From Mustelus asterias (lineage: Eukaryota): DNA of 64,000 nucleotides. The notes under the pieces are model-generated. The model worked only from the letters and a program-made list of their open reading frames with translations. It was not told the origin of the DNA and ran no database searches. Below are positions 1 to 12,965 of the stretch, piece by piece. Within the stretch, counting starts at the first letter, position 1; each line of letters begins with the position of its first letter. The translations under genes were made by a program, and so were the position numbers. The stretch lies in assembly GCF_964213995.1 (NCBI RefSeq), contig NC_135807.1:96906001-96970000 (forward strand). The letters are read 5' to 3'.

Positions 1-1466
1 TTCCAGTGAGAACAAACTAAGTTTCTCCAACCTCTCCTCATAGCTAATATCCTCCAGACCAGGCAACATCCTGGTAAACCTTTTCTGTACCCTCTCCAAA
101 GCATCCACATCCTTCTGGTAGCATAGCAACCAGAATTGTACACAATATTCTAAATGAGGCCTAACTAAGGTTCTGTACAGCTGCAGCATGACCTGCCAAT
201 TTTTATACTCAATGCCCCGACTGATGAAGGCCTGCATGCTGTATACTTTCTTGAGTACCCTATCCACCTTCGTTGCCAATTTCAGTGATCGGTGGACATG
301 TGCGCCCAGATCTCTGTGCCTGTCAATACTCCTAAGGGTTCTACCATTTACTGTATAATTCCTACATGCATTAGACCTTCCAAAATGCATTATCTCACAC
401 TTGTCCACATTAAACTCCATCTGCCATTTCTCCGCCCAAGTCTCCAATCGATCTATATCTTACTGTATCTTCTGACAATCCACTTCACTATCCACAATTC
501 CACCAATTTTTGTGTCATCTGCGAGCTTACTAATCAGACCAGCTACATTTTCCTCCAAATCATTTATATATACTATGAACAACAAAGGTCCCAGACTGAT
601 CCTGTGGAACACCGCTAGTCACAGCCTTCCATTCAGAAAAACACCCCTCTACTGCTACCCTCTGTCTTCTATGGCCAAGCCAGTTCTATTTCCTTCTTGC
701 CAGCTCTCCTCTGATCCCGTGTGACTTCACCTTTCAAATCAGTTTACCATGAGGTACCTTGTCAAAGACTTTACTGAAGTCCATGAATATACCATCCAAT
801 ATATTCCCTCATCTTCCATCTTCGTCAGTTCCTCGAAAAACTCAATCAAGTTAGTGAGGCACAACCTCCTCTTCACAAAACCATGCTGTCTATCACTAAA
901 AAGTCCATTTGTTTCCAAATGTGAGTAGGTCCTGTTCCTAAGAATCTTTTCCAATAATTTCCCTACCACTGACGTAAGGCTCACCGGCCTATAGTTTCCT
1001 GGATTATCCCTGCTGTCCTTCTTAAACGATGGAACAACATTGGCTATCCTCCAGTCCTCTGGAACTTCACATGTTGCCAATGAGGATATAGAGATTTCTG
1101 TCAAGACCCCAGCAGTTTCCATCCTTGCCTCCCTCAGTATTCTGGGGTAGATCCCATCAAGTCCTAGGGACTTACCTACTTTAATGCTTTTTAAGACACC
1201 CAATACCTCCTCCTTTTTGATATCGACATGACCCAGAATATCTACACACCCTCCCCTATGCTCCTCATCCATCAAGTCCCTCTCTTTGGTGAATACTGAG
1301 GCAAAATATTCATTTCATACCTCACCCATTTCCTCTAGTTTCATGCATAGATTCCCTCCACTACCCTTGAGTGTACCGACCCTTTCCCTGGCTACTCTCT
1401 TGCTCTTTACATACGTCTACAATGCCTTAGAATTTTCCTTAATCCTCTTTGCCAAGAACCTTTCAT
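1..1466 (-). mobile_element. CR1-clade LINE fragment (ORF2 RT region, degenerate, runs off window start)
   Basis: Minus ORF 739..1275 has CR1 motifs DGIYPRILRE, PEDWRIANVVP, GNYRPVSLTSVVGKLLE, QHGF, CLTNLIEFFE; stops and frameshifts present. Confidence 0.93.
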
Positions 1467-2270
1467 GATGTGGATGATTTTTCTTATCTTGGGAGCCTCC
1501 TCTTAGTGGAGATAGACATTGACCAGCACATTCATCATGATCTCCAATGTGTCAGCTCAGACCTCACCCCACTGAGGAGAAAAGTATTTGAGGATCAGGA
1601 TCTCAAATCCAAGAAGAAGATCATGGTTCTCTGGGCAGCGGTAATCACCATGCTCCTATATGCTTCAGAGACTTGGACAACCTACAGCAGACACTGTAAA
1701 GCATTGAAGATTTGCCACCAACTGTACCTTGGCAAGATTGTTCAAATCCACTGGTAATAAAGATGGTCCAACACCGGCATCATCTCCCAAAGCAACATAC
1801 CCAGCATTGAGACACTATTCACTCAAATTCAGCTCCGCTGGACAGGGCATGTTGTTCATGTGCCTGACACCAGACTCCCAAAGCAACAGCTTCACTCAGA
1901 ACTCAGTCACAGGGCAGGAGACTGGGTGATGGAAACACATTTGGAGATGTCCTCAAAACATCCCTGAAGAGATTAAACATACCCACTGATTCGTGGGAGA
2001 CCGTGGTTGTGACCAATCAAAATGGAGAAGGCTCATTTGTGAAGGCACTGACCACATCAAGAGACTTCATTGGGCATATCCAGAGGTTAATTTGAGGCAT
2101 CAGAAGGAGTGCACAAACCTCTAAACAACCAGCTACCCAACTTTTAAGTGTCACCAGCTCTACATGTGGCAGAGTCCCAGATCACGCATTGGACTTATCA
2201 CCCATCTCAGAACCCAGTGGAAGCAAGACATCCTTGATCCCAAAGGACTGTATAAGAGGAGGAGGAAGAC
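1467..2270 (+). mobile_element. RTE-clade LINE 3' fragment, degenerate
   Basis: ORF 1449..1757 reads VDDFSYLGSLL...LLYASETWTTYSRH, typical of the RTE RT C-terminal region; continues in other frames toward a LRWAGHV-like region. Confidence 0.7.
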
Positions 2271-2899
2271 GTTAATGTGTTTACAAAATCCAAACTCCCT
2301 TTGTAGTCCTCTGTGAACATCAGTTGAAAGGAGATGTTGCTAAACCTCCTGAAGCTTCTTCTAGAGTGAGGAAGAATGGTGTTAGGGAGCTGCATGAACT
2401 GTCTTGAATTGTTCATAACTGTTTTTAAAAAGGTACACAAAATCTTGCTATTTGTAGAAGTTAAATATTTATATTGAAGTGTAAATTGCGGCACTGATTT
2501 TGTTCATCTATTTTTTAATTCTGTGTAACTCCATACCCGATATAAAATGAGCGTCCTTACTAGATGATATGTTGTGGATCAAATTCATGCATCAAATACT
2601 TTTCTATCTTAATAATTATTTTATTTGGCCTTAACAATGATTTACTGGCATGTGATATTTTGATAGCGGTTTGATGTTAAACTATCCAAGCGTGCTAATT
2701 CTATTACATTTCTATCATTGTGCCTTTTCTATTTAGCTCTGCATAATCTCAGTTAATCTGCAAGAAAATGAAAGAAGCAACTTGTATTTATATAGAACCA
2801 TTTATAATCTCAGGACATTGTAAAATGTTTGATAGCCAATGAATTTTGAAGTGTGGTCACTCTTGTAATGCAATGCAAATAACTAAAGGAAGCTCCAAT

Positions 2900-4375
2900 G
2901 TTAGATTGTAGATGTAAGTGCAAGGCTTATATCCAATGAAGAACAGTGCAAAACATTCCAAAAATGAGTCAGGATCGGTTGGGATGTATGTGAGTTTTTA
3001 AAGCATCCAAAAGTAAATTGCAAAATTAGAAGAATTAATGATTATAGAGGGAAATGACAGAAACTCCAACAGATACATGGATCCAATAGGAAGGGACTGA
3101 GAACTTAATTTTCCTGATTAGAATATTTTCCAAAGAGAAAGTATAGAAATGGTTTTGAGGAGCAGTGTTAATATATCATAGTATATTGTTTATAGCACAG
3201 TAAGGATATAGTGGGGTTAATTCAGAATCCATATGGATAGGGTTAACAAATAGGAATGGTGGGCATTACAGTCAGTTCTGGGTTCATTTTTGCTCTGTAT
3301 GTACAGCTGATTTGGACTTGTTTATAGCAAAAGGAACTTGGCACCACAACAGTAGGTTTGTCAAAATATGAGGAGGATTGCAAAGACTTCAGAAAGACAG
3401 GTCAACAGAATGGGTAGGTGCAGGTTAGTGTAGGCAAATGTGATGCAGTACATTTTGGGAGATAAAGAAGGAATGGAGTAGACACTGAATGGATCACAAG
3501 TTTAAATACATCATTTTGTGAAAGTGCAAGAGCAGATGATAATGTGCTAATGGCCTTTTAATAGCTTTGGGCACAGCAACAGAAAGTACAAGGAAATGCA
3601 CACTAAAACTCCATCTTAAAATTTGCAAATAACAAAACTTGAAAGTCTTGTGAACTGTGAGGAGGATAGTAATAGACATCAGGACAGCATATACAGGGTG
3701 GCAGAATGAGTGGACACGTGGCAGATGGAATGTAGTGCAGGGATATGTGCAGTGAAATATAGGTAGGAAAAATAGCAAAGGCAGTAAGAATAAAGGATAC
3801 ATTTCCAAAATTGTTGTAGGAGCAGAGCGACCCGGGGTTATATGTGGACAAATCATTGAAGGTGACAGAGGAAGTTGAGAAAGTGGTTAATGATGCATCC
3901 AGCATCCTGGGCTTTATAAATAGAAGCATAGAATACTAAAGCAAGGGTGTTATGGTGAATCTCCATACCACAGTGGCTCACACTCACCTAGAGTACTGGA
4001 TCCTCTGGGTGCCACACTTTGTGGAGGATATTAAAGCATTAGAGAGGGTGCAGAAACGATACCCAAGAACGGTTTCAGGAACGATGGACTTCAATTATGT
4101 AGATAGATTGGAGCAGCTGGGACTATTTTTCTTAGAGGAGAGAAAGTTAAGAGGAGATTGCCAGAGGTGTGCAAATTCATAAGGGTCCTGTACAGAGTAA
4201 ATAGGGAGAAACTGTTCCACTGGCAGAAGGATTGAGAACCAAAGGACATTAAACTATGGTGAATAGCAAAAGAATCAGAGGATAAGAGGGGAAGTTATTT
4301 AAAACAGCGAGTGGTTAGGATCTGGATTGTACTGCCTGAGAGTGTGGTGGTGCCAGATTCAACTCCAACCTTCAG
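2900..4375 (+). mobile_element. Old CR1 LINE fragments (possible APE remnant plus RT C-terminus)
   Basis: ORF 3952..4182 HLEYWILWVPHFVEDIKALERVQKR...LGLFFLEERKLRGD matches the CR1 C-terminus; upstream part heavily decayed. Confidence 0.7.
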
Positions 4376-4588
4376 CGATATGTAGAGATGACACACACCC
4401 GGATCTATGTTTGAACAAAATCTTTATTACAATGCTTTTAAAATGTCTGTTTTCTCATGCTTACTCTTGTTTCTGTTTCTCTAACCACACTCACTGGCAA
4501 GCAGTGAATATTCCTCACAGCACAATGAGCAGTCAACAGACAGACACAGTTAAACACCAAACAATTGAACACAATATTCTTTCCCCTT

Positions 4589-4930
4589 GCAGCATGGTGG
4601 CACAGTGGTTAGCACTGCTGCCTCACAGCTCCAGGGACCCAGGTTCAATTCCAGCCTGAGTTGATTGTGTGGAGTTTGCACATTCTCCCCATGTATTTGT
4701 GGGTTTCCTCTGGATGCTCTGGTTTCCTCTCACAGTCCAAAGATGTGCAGCTTGGATGTATTAGCAGTGGTAAATTGTCCCTTAGTTTCCAAAGATGTGT
4801 AGGTTATTTGGATTAGCCATGTGGGGTTACGAGAATAGAAGGGATGGCCTGGCTGGGATATTCTTTCAGGGAGTTGGTGCAGATTTGATGGGCCGAATGG
4901 CCTCCTTCTGCACTGTAGGGATTCTATGGT
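4589..4930 (+). mobile_element. tRNA-derived SINE (HE1-like) with CR1-type 3' tail
   Basis: A box TGGCACAGTGG, B box GGTTCAATTCC, shared core GGGTTTCCTC..GCTCTGGTTTCCTC, tail GGGCCGAATGGCCTCCTTCTGCACTGTAGGGATTCTATG shared with other copies in the window. Confidence 0.9.
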
Positions 4931-4999
4931 TAAATTACAGGATCATATTTTGAGTCATTTTTTAGAGTATCTGTTTTTTCTAAGTTCAGAAACAGCCTT

Positions 5000-5950
5000 T
5001 GAGATATGATGGTCGCTGATGACAGCGCTGATATCTCCGAGCCTGAGTATGATCACTTCAATGAAGTGAATGATCAACATTGCACTCATTCAATCGAAAA
5101 AGAAATCCTCATAATCACTGTCCTTGAAATATTCTGGTCTGCTCACTATCAAGTCTTTCGTGTTCCACTACGTGTTGACATCCAACAGACAAGAGTTGGT
5201 ACTGGGCAACCGTTTGAGCTGCTTTGGTCCTGATAGAGATGATGCGAGCTGTGTTCATGATTTGGCCATTTGGTGTGATGTGATTTCGATTTTTTGATCA
5301 GAACAAAATCTCCAACTTCAAATCCCTGGCTCGTGTTCACTTGTTAGGGTATGTTTTAGCGTTACCTTTCTGATTTCTCCTGCTTTCGCTCTGACATTCT
5401 CACTGGATAGTGTTGACAGCTTCACGATGATGTGAAAGTTACAACCAGGCATTCGTTCAGCCAGTGCCTTTGGGACTGATGGATAGATCAATATGTGCAC
5501 AGTTAGATGTGACTTAGATTGCTCAAACATTTTCTGCTTCAGCGTGTCCATGGTCACCCTGCCAAATCATTTGATTCCACCAGGTAAACCACAGGTTTTA
5601 CCACAATGTTAGGATGCTAGGAATTCTGTGACTGGAAACAAACTGCAGTCTATTGTTTGTAGTTACTGTATATGGCAAACATTGTTTTGTAAACAAAATG
5701 GCGAAATTGGGAATGAGGAACATGTTTTTGATTAGGACTCAATTAGAAAGGTCCCAGCCATGCGATTGGAATATTAGTTTGGGCAGTATTGTGTTGCAGT
5801 ACCTATATGCAACAGATGAGGGAGCCTCTGAGCAATACATTGATGAAGAACCTGCCCATCAGTTCAGTTCATGGTCCCATCCCCCCATGCCATGTTCCTG
5901 ATGTGCCCATCCAGGGAGGCCCTCCAGCCCTGACCTATTGGGAGCCCCTC
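5000..5950 (-). mobile_element. Decayed Gypsy integrase remnant
   Basis: Minus strand near 5640-5710 reads ILFTKQCLPYTVTTNNRLQ (cf. integrase LF..GLP..VTDNGPQF); downstream FEVGDFVLIK resembles the integrase C-terminal region. Confidence 0.5.
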
Positions 5951-6219
5951 TGGTCAAGATGAAAACTGTCGATTCGTGATGGAGAAAGAGAGGGCCCTCA
6001 ACATGAAGAAACTGAGAGTAGATGCAGTTTCCAATTAATTTTTATATGCGGCGATCTATTGCTGGCCACTGAATAGTAGTTAACAGGACAATAACCACCA
6101 GGGGTATTGACTGGGAAACAGCATACACAAGACTGAACGCATTTTAGACCTGTTTTACCAGATGATCATTTCAATGCAATTGTATCATATATTGCAACGC
6201 AATGCAATTGTATCATAAA

Positions 6220-7160
6220 TACCTGGATGAGGAAGTGGAGGGATGGGTTGGTAAGTTTGCCGACGACACGAAGGTTGGTAGTGTTGTGGATAGGTTGGAG
6301 GGATGTCAGAAGCTGCAGCGTGACATAGATAGGATGTCTAGTGGCAGATGAACTTCAACCCGGATAAATGTGTAGTGGTCCATTTTGGCAGGTCAAATGG
6401 GATGAAGGAGTATAATATCAAGGGTAAGACTCTTAGCAGTGTAGAGGATCAGAAGGACCTTGGGGTCCGGGTCCATAGGACTCTTAAATCGGCCTCGCAG
6501 GTAGAGGAGGTGGTTAAGAAGGCGTATGTGCTGGCCTTCATCAATCGAGGGATTGAGTTTAGGAGTCGGGAGATAATGATGCAGCTTTATAAGACCCTCG
6601 TCAGACCCCACTTGGAGTACTGTGCTCAGTTCTGGTCGCCTCATTACAGGAGGGATGTGGAAATGATTGAAAGGGTGCAGAGAAGATTTACAAGGATGTT
6701 GCCTGGATTGGTTGGCATGCCTTATGAGAATAGGTTGAGGGAGCTCGGTCTTTTCTCCTTGGAGAGACGAAAGATGAGAGATGACCTGATAGAGGTGTAC
6801 AAGATGTTGAGAGGTATAGATCGGGTGGATTCTCGGAGGCTTCTTCCCAGGGCTGAAATGGCTGCTACGAGAGGACACAGGTTTAAGGTGCTGGGGAGTA
6901 GGTACAGAGGAAATGTCAGGGGTACGTTTTTCACTCAGAGGATGGTGGGTGAGTGGAATCGGTTGCCGTCAGTGGTGGTGGAGGCAAACTCGATAGGGTC
7001 TTTTAAGAGGCTCCTGGATGAGTACATGGGACTTAATAGGATTGAGGGTTATAGGTAAGCCTATATATAGGCCTAGGTAGGTAGGGACATGACCGGCGCA
7101 ACTTGTGGGCCGAAGGGCCTGTTTGTGCTGTATTTTTTCTATGTTCTGTGTTCTATGTAT
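6220..7160 (+). mobile_element. 5'-truncated CR1 LINE
   Basis: KFADDTK then ORF 6348..7058 (FNPDKC, LVRPHLEYCAQFWSP, LFSLERR); 3' UTR GGGCCGAAGGGCCTG and (TTCTATG)-like tail. Confidence 0.95.
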
Positions 7161-7391
7161 TCTTGAGCTGGCTAAAACTGACACTTCTGTTTTGCAGTTG
7201 CTTTTCTTGCCCAGAAGCAGGTTTGCTGTTTTCCTGCATTGGATATTGATGCCTTTTTCTAAAAGGAATAGTAACAATGAAATGAACATTTTTTTGGGAT
7301 CTAAAGAATGGTTTTGAAAATTTGAGTCATTGTCTGGTTATAGATTGCTTCTATCGTTTGGTGAATCAATAACAAAGGGACTAAAGATTAT

Positions 7392-8589
7392 CAGTTTGGA
7401 TTTCCAAAAGGCGTTTGATAAGGTGCCTCACAAAAGGTTGCTGAAGAAGATTGGGTCACACGGAGTTGGGGGTAGGGTGTTAGTGTGGATTGGGGATTGG
7501 CTATCCGACAGGAAGCAGAGAGTCGGAATAAATGGGTGTTTTTCTGATTGGCAGATGGTAACTAGTGGCGTGCCGCAGGGATCGGTACTGGGGCCTCAAC
7601 TATTTACTATTTATTTAGATGATCTGGAAGAGGGGACTGAGTGTAGGGTAAAAAAGTTTGCAGATGACACAAAGATAAGTGGAAAAGTGAATCGTGTGGA
7701 GGGCGTAGAAGGTCTGCAGAGAGATTTGGACAGGCTGAGTGAGTGGGTGAGGATCTGGCAGATGGAGTGTAACGTTGACAAATGCGAGGTTATTCACTTT
7801 GGAGGAAATAATAGCAAATTGGATTATTATCTAAATGGAAAGAAATTACAACATGCTACTGTGCAAAGGGACCTCGAGGTCCTTGTGCATGAGACGCAAA
7901 AACCCAGTCTGCAGGTGCAACAGGTGATCAAGAAGGCAAATGGGATGTTGGCCTATATCGCAAGGGGGATAGAATATAAAAGCAGAGATGTCTTGCTGCA
8001 TCTGTACAAGGCATTGGTGAGGCCTTAGCTGGAATACTGTGTGCAGTATTGGTCCCCTTATTTGCGGAAGGATATATTGGCCTTGGAGGGAGTGCAGAGG
8101 AGGTTCACCAGGTTGATACCAGAGATGAGGGGTGTTGATTATGAGGAGAGACTGACCAGATTGGGTTTGTACTCGTTGGAATTTAGAAGGCTGAGAGGGG
8201 ATCTTATAGAGACCTATAAGATAATGAAGGGGCTGGATAGGGTAGAGGTGGAGAGATTCTTTCCACTTAGAAAGGAAACTAGAACTAGAGGGCACAGCCT
8301 CAAAATAAAGGGGGGTCAGTTTAGGACAGAGTTGAGGAGGAACTTCTTCTCTCAGAGGGTGGTGAATCTCTGGAATTCTCTGCCCACTGAAGTGGTGGAG
8401 GCTATCCCGTTGAATATGTTTAAATCACGGATAGATGGATTCCTGATCGGTAAGGGAATTAGGGGTTATAGGGATCAGGCGGGTAAGTGGAACTGATCCA
8501 CTTCAGATCAGCCATGATCTTATTGAATGGCGGGGCAGGCTCGAGGGACTAGATGGCCTACTCCTGCTCCTATTTCTTATGTTCTTATG
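7392..8589 (+). mobile_element. 5'-truncated young CR1 LINE with 6-bp TSD GATTAT
   Basis: DFQKAFDKVPH, GVPQGSVLGP, KFADDTK; one in-frame stop at 8026; (TTCTTATG) tail; GATTAT at 7386-7391 and 8590-8595. Confidence 0.95.
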
Positions 8590-8679
8590 GATTATTTAAG
8601 CAGGAGGTTAGAATTGTTTGCATACAGATAGTTAATAGAATGTGGAATGCTTTAGCACTGGGAATATTGAAATTGATTT

Positions 8680-9227
8680 TATTTGTTCATGGGATATGGA
8701 CATTATTGACCAGGCAAGCTTTTACTGCCCTTGAGAAGGTAAAGTTGCAATATCTATTTGAACCACTGCAGAGGTGTGTTGTAGGAACACAGTGTTGTTA
8801 GGGAGGGAGTTCCAGGATTTTGAAGATGATATATTTCCAAGTCAAGATAGTGTGTGGTTAGAAGGGGAACTTGCAGGTGGTCATGTTTCCAAAGACCTGC
8901 CTCCCTTACTCCTTAGGCAGTAGAATTTGCAGATTTTGAAGGTGTTGTCGAAGTAGCCTTGGTGAGTTGCTGTAGTGCGTTTTGTAGCTGGTACACACAC
9001 ACTGCTGCCATGGTGCACCAATGGTGGAGGGAGTGAACGTTTAATGTGGTGGATTGGGCGCTGATCAAGTCGGCTGCTTCATTCTGAACAGTATTGATTT
9101 CTAGAATGTTGTTGGAGCTGCACTCATCCAGGAAACTGGCCTTACTTGCTTCAATTTTACTAAGGCTCCTCAATGCCACACTCAGTCTCCAAATGCTGCC
9201 TTGATGTCAAGGAGAGTCACTATCACT
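8680..9227 (-). mobile_element. Old LINE (CR1/L2-like) 3' end, interrupted by the CR1 at 9228
   Basis: Minus ORF 8913..9179 TVQNEAADLI..LNVHSLHHW.MAAVCVY resembles the segment SLSWPHKAAVCTIYKMCCSNF at 19600-19745; the element appears to resume at about 12390. Confidence 0.75.
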
Positions 9228-12200
9228 AGATAGGTTGGGGGGAGGGGATCAAAGTGACGTGACTGAGAGTGAGGAAGGTAGCTCGCAAACAGAGAAGGGT
9301 TATAGGCAGTGCAAGAGGGCAGGTGGACTGGGAACAGAGAAGGGGAGAGGTCAGACCGTAGGATTGAGATGTGTCTACTCTAATGCCAGGAGTATAGTGA
9401 ATAAACAACTAGCTAAAGGAGGAGAGGGCTTGGGAGATGTTAGTAGCGCTTCAACAAACCGGGTCCAGATAAAGGCTGGCATAAAGACACTTTGCCTGAA
9501 TGCACGAAGCATTCGAAACAAAGTAAATGAGTTGATAGCACAAATCCATACAAATGAATAGGATCGAGTGTCCATCACAGAAACGTGGTTGCAGGGTGAC
9601 CGGGACTGGGAACTGAATATACAGGGTTATCAGGCATTTAGGAAGGATAGACAGGTAGAAAAAGGAGGTGGGGTAGCTTTGTTAATAAAGGATAATATCA
9701 GGACGGTAGTGAGAGACGACATAGGCTCTAAGGAGCAAAACGTGGAATCGTTGTGGGTGGAGATAAGGAATAGTAGGGGGAGAAAGACACTGGTAGGCAT
9801 GGTCTATAGGCCCCCAAATAATAACTTAGAGGTGGGGAGGGCTATAAACAAGCAAATAATGGATGCGTGCAAAAGTGGAACGGCAATAATCATGGGGGAT
9901 TTTAACCTACATATTGATTGGTCGACTCAAATTGGACGTGGAGGGCTTGAGGAAGAGTTCTTGGAATGCTGTCGGGATTGTTTCATTGAACAGTATGTTA
10001 CAGAACCTACGAGAGAGCGAGCTATCTTGGATCTTGTTCTGTGCAATGAGACAGGTAGGATTAAGGATCTTCTTGTGAAGGATCCTCTTGGGATGAGTGA
10101 TCATAATATGGTGGAATTTCTGATACAGATGGAGGGTGAGAAAGTAGGGTCCCAAACCAGTGTCCTCTGCTTGAACAGAGGGGAGTACGATAGGATGAGG
10201 GTGGAATTGGCTAATGTAGACAGGGCGAGCAGACTGGTAGGTAGGACAGCTGAGGAACAGTGGAGGATTTTTAAGGAGATTTTTTTAAGTACTCAGCAAA
10301 AATATATTCCGGTGATAAAGAAGGACTGTAAGAAAAAGGATAACAGGACGTGGATAACGAAGGAAATAAAGGAGAGTATTAAAATAAAATCAGATGCGTA
10401 CAGAGTGGCCAAAAATAGTGGAGAATTAGTGGATTGGGAAAGCTTTAAAGAAAAACAAAGAACGACTAAGAAAGCGATTAAGAAAGGAAAGATAGATTAT
10501 GAAACTAAACTAGCTCAAAATATAAAAAATGATAGTAAAAGTTTTTACAAGTATATAAAAAGGAATAGAGTGGCTAGAATGAATGTTGGACCCTTGGAAG
10601 ATGAGAGGGGGGATTTAATAGTGGAAAACGAGGAAATGGCTGAGACTTTAAATAAGTTCTTTGTGTCGGTCTTCACGGTGGAAGACACAAATAGTTTGCC
10701 GAATATTAGAGATCGAGAGTTGGTGGGAGGGGAGGTCCTTAATACAATTACTGTTACTAAGGAGGTGGTGCTTGGTAGACTAATAGGACTGAAGGTAGAC
10801 AAGTCCCCAGGCCCGGATGGAATGCATCCCAGGGTACTGAAAGAAATGGCTGAGGTAATAGCAGATGCGTTAGTAGTAATTTATCAAAATTCGCTGGACT
10901 CTGGGGTAGTGCCGGCTGACTGGAAAACAGCTACTGTTACGCCGCTGTTTAAAAAAGGAAGTAGACAAAAGGCGGGTAACTACAGGCCGGTTAGCTTAAC
11001 GTCCGTAGTTGGGAAGATGCTAGAGTCCATTATTAAAGAGGAAATAACAGAGCACCTGAATAAGAATGGTTCGATCAAGCAGACGCAGCATGGATTCATG
11101 AAGGGAAAGTCGTGTTTGACGAATCTACTGGACTTTTATGAAGATGTCACTAGTGCGGTTGACAGAGGGGAACCGGTGGATGTCGTGTTTTTAGATTTCC
11201 AGAAGGCGTTCGATAAGGTGCCTCACAAAAGGTTGCTGCAGAAGATTGGGGTACACGGAGTTTGGGGTAAGGTTGGCGTGGATTGGGGATTGGCTATATA
11301 ACAGGAAGCAGAGAGTTGGGATAAATGGGTGCTTTTCTGGTTGGCAGTTGGTGACCAGTGGCGTGCCGCAGGGATCGGTGCTGGGGCCTCAATTGTTTAC
11401 CATTTACATAGATGATCTGGAGGAGGGGACTGAATGTAGGGTATTCACGTTTGCTGATGACATGAAGGTGAGTGGGAAAGCGAATTGCGTGGAGGACGCG
11501 GAAAGTCTGCAGGGAGATTTGGATAGGCTGAGCGAGTGGACGAGGATCTGGCAGATGGAATATAACGTTAGCAAATGTGAGGTTATCCACTTTGGAAGAA
11601 ATAATAGTAAATTGGAATATTATTTAAATGGAGAAAAATTACATCGTGCGACTGTGCAGAGGGACCTGGGGGTCCTTGTGCACGAATCGCAAAAACTCAG
11701 TCTGCAGGTGCAGCAGGTGATCAAGAAGGCGAATGGAATGTTGGCCTTTATCGCGAGGGGGATAGAATATAAAAGCAGGGAGGTCTTGCTGCAACTGTAC
11801 AAGGCACTGGTGAGGCCGCAACTGGAGTACTGTGTGCAGTTTTGGTCCCCTTATTTGCGAAAGGATATATTGGCCTTGGAGGGAGTGCAGAGAAGGTTCA
11901 CCAGGTTGATACCGGAGATGAGGGGTGTAGCTTATGAGGAGAGATTAAACAGATTGGATCTGTACTCGTTGGAGTTTAGAAGGATGAGGGGTGATCTTAT
12001 AGAGATATATAAGATAATGAAGGGGCTGGATAGGGTAGAGGTGGAGAGATTCTTTCCACTTAGAAGGGAAACCAGAACTAGAGGGCACAGCCTCAAAATA
12101 AGGGGGGGCCGGTTCAGAACAGAGTTGAGGGGGAACTTCTTCTCTCAGAGGGTGGTGAGTCTCTGGAATTCTCTGCCCATTGAAGTGGTGGAGGCTTCCT

Positions 12201-12388
12201 CGTTGAATATGTTTAAATCACGGGTAGATAGTTTTCTGATCGATAAGGGAATTAGGGGATATGGGGAGCAGGCGGGTAAGTGGAACTGATTCGCTTCAGA
12301 TCAGCCATGATCTTGTTGAATGGCGGGGCAGGCTCGAAGGGCCAGATGGCCTACTCCTGCTCCTATTTCTTATGTTCTTATGTTCTTA
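9228..12388 (+). mobile_element. Young CR1 LINE with near-complete ORF2 (APE endonuclease + RT)
   Basis: NARSIRNK, ITETWL, GGGVALLIK, YRPP, MGDFN, LDLVL, SDHN, NYRPVSLTS, QGSVLGP, FADD; stop at 9559 and frameshift near 11270; (TTCTTATG)n tail. Confidence 0.96.
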
Positions 12389-12765
12389 TTTTCTCTCCTC
12401 TGAAATTTAGCTCTTTTCTCCATGCAATGAGCAAGACCAAGCTGAATGCATCTGCCAGGATGAGCATCAGAGATCAGGTTATTGCTGAGTAAAAAATATT
12501 TGATGGTACATGTCAGTGACACTGATCATCATCTTTCTGATATTTGAGAGTATTCTGATTGGGCTGTAACTGGTCAGATTGGATTTGTTCCGCTACGTGT
12601 GGACAGCTAGCACACACATACCTGAGAAATTTCCCACTTTGGGGTGGATGCCAGTGTTGAAGCTGTATTGGAACAGCTTAGCCAGGGACACAGCTAATTC
12701 TGGAGCATGAGTCTTCAGTGCGACAGCCAGAATATTGTCAGGATCCATGGCGTCTGCTGTATGAT
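12389..12765 (-). mobile_element. Continuation of the old minus-strand LINE from 8680-9227
   Basis: Sequence resumes the same family after the CR1 insertion (CTCCTCTGAAATTTAGCTCTTTT...GTCTTCAGTGCGACAGCCAGAATATTGTCAGG); based on my recollection of the family consensus. Confidence 0.65.
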
Positions 12766-12849
12766 ATGGTTAGTAAATATTTCAAAAGGAGGAATATAAA
12801 ATAGATCATTCCCATTGAAGAGCGGACACAGGCATCTTGGGCTGAATGA

Positions 12850-12965
12850 CTCTCTCTTTCTCTCTCTGTCTGTCTCTCTCTCTCTCCCCCCCCCCCCCCC
12901 CCTCTGTCTCTCTCTCTCTCTTTCTGTCTCTGTATGTGTGTATGTCTCCCTCTCTTTGTCTCTCG
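12850..12965. repeat. (CT)n / poly-C microsatellite
   Basis: Directly visible CT runs flanking a long C homopolymer. Confidence 0.95.
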
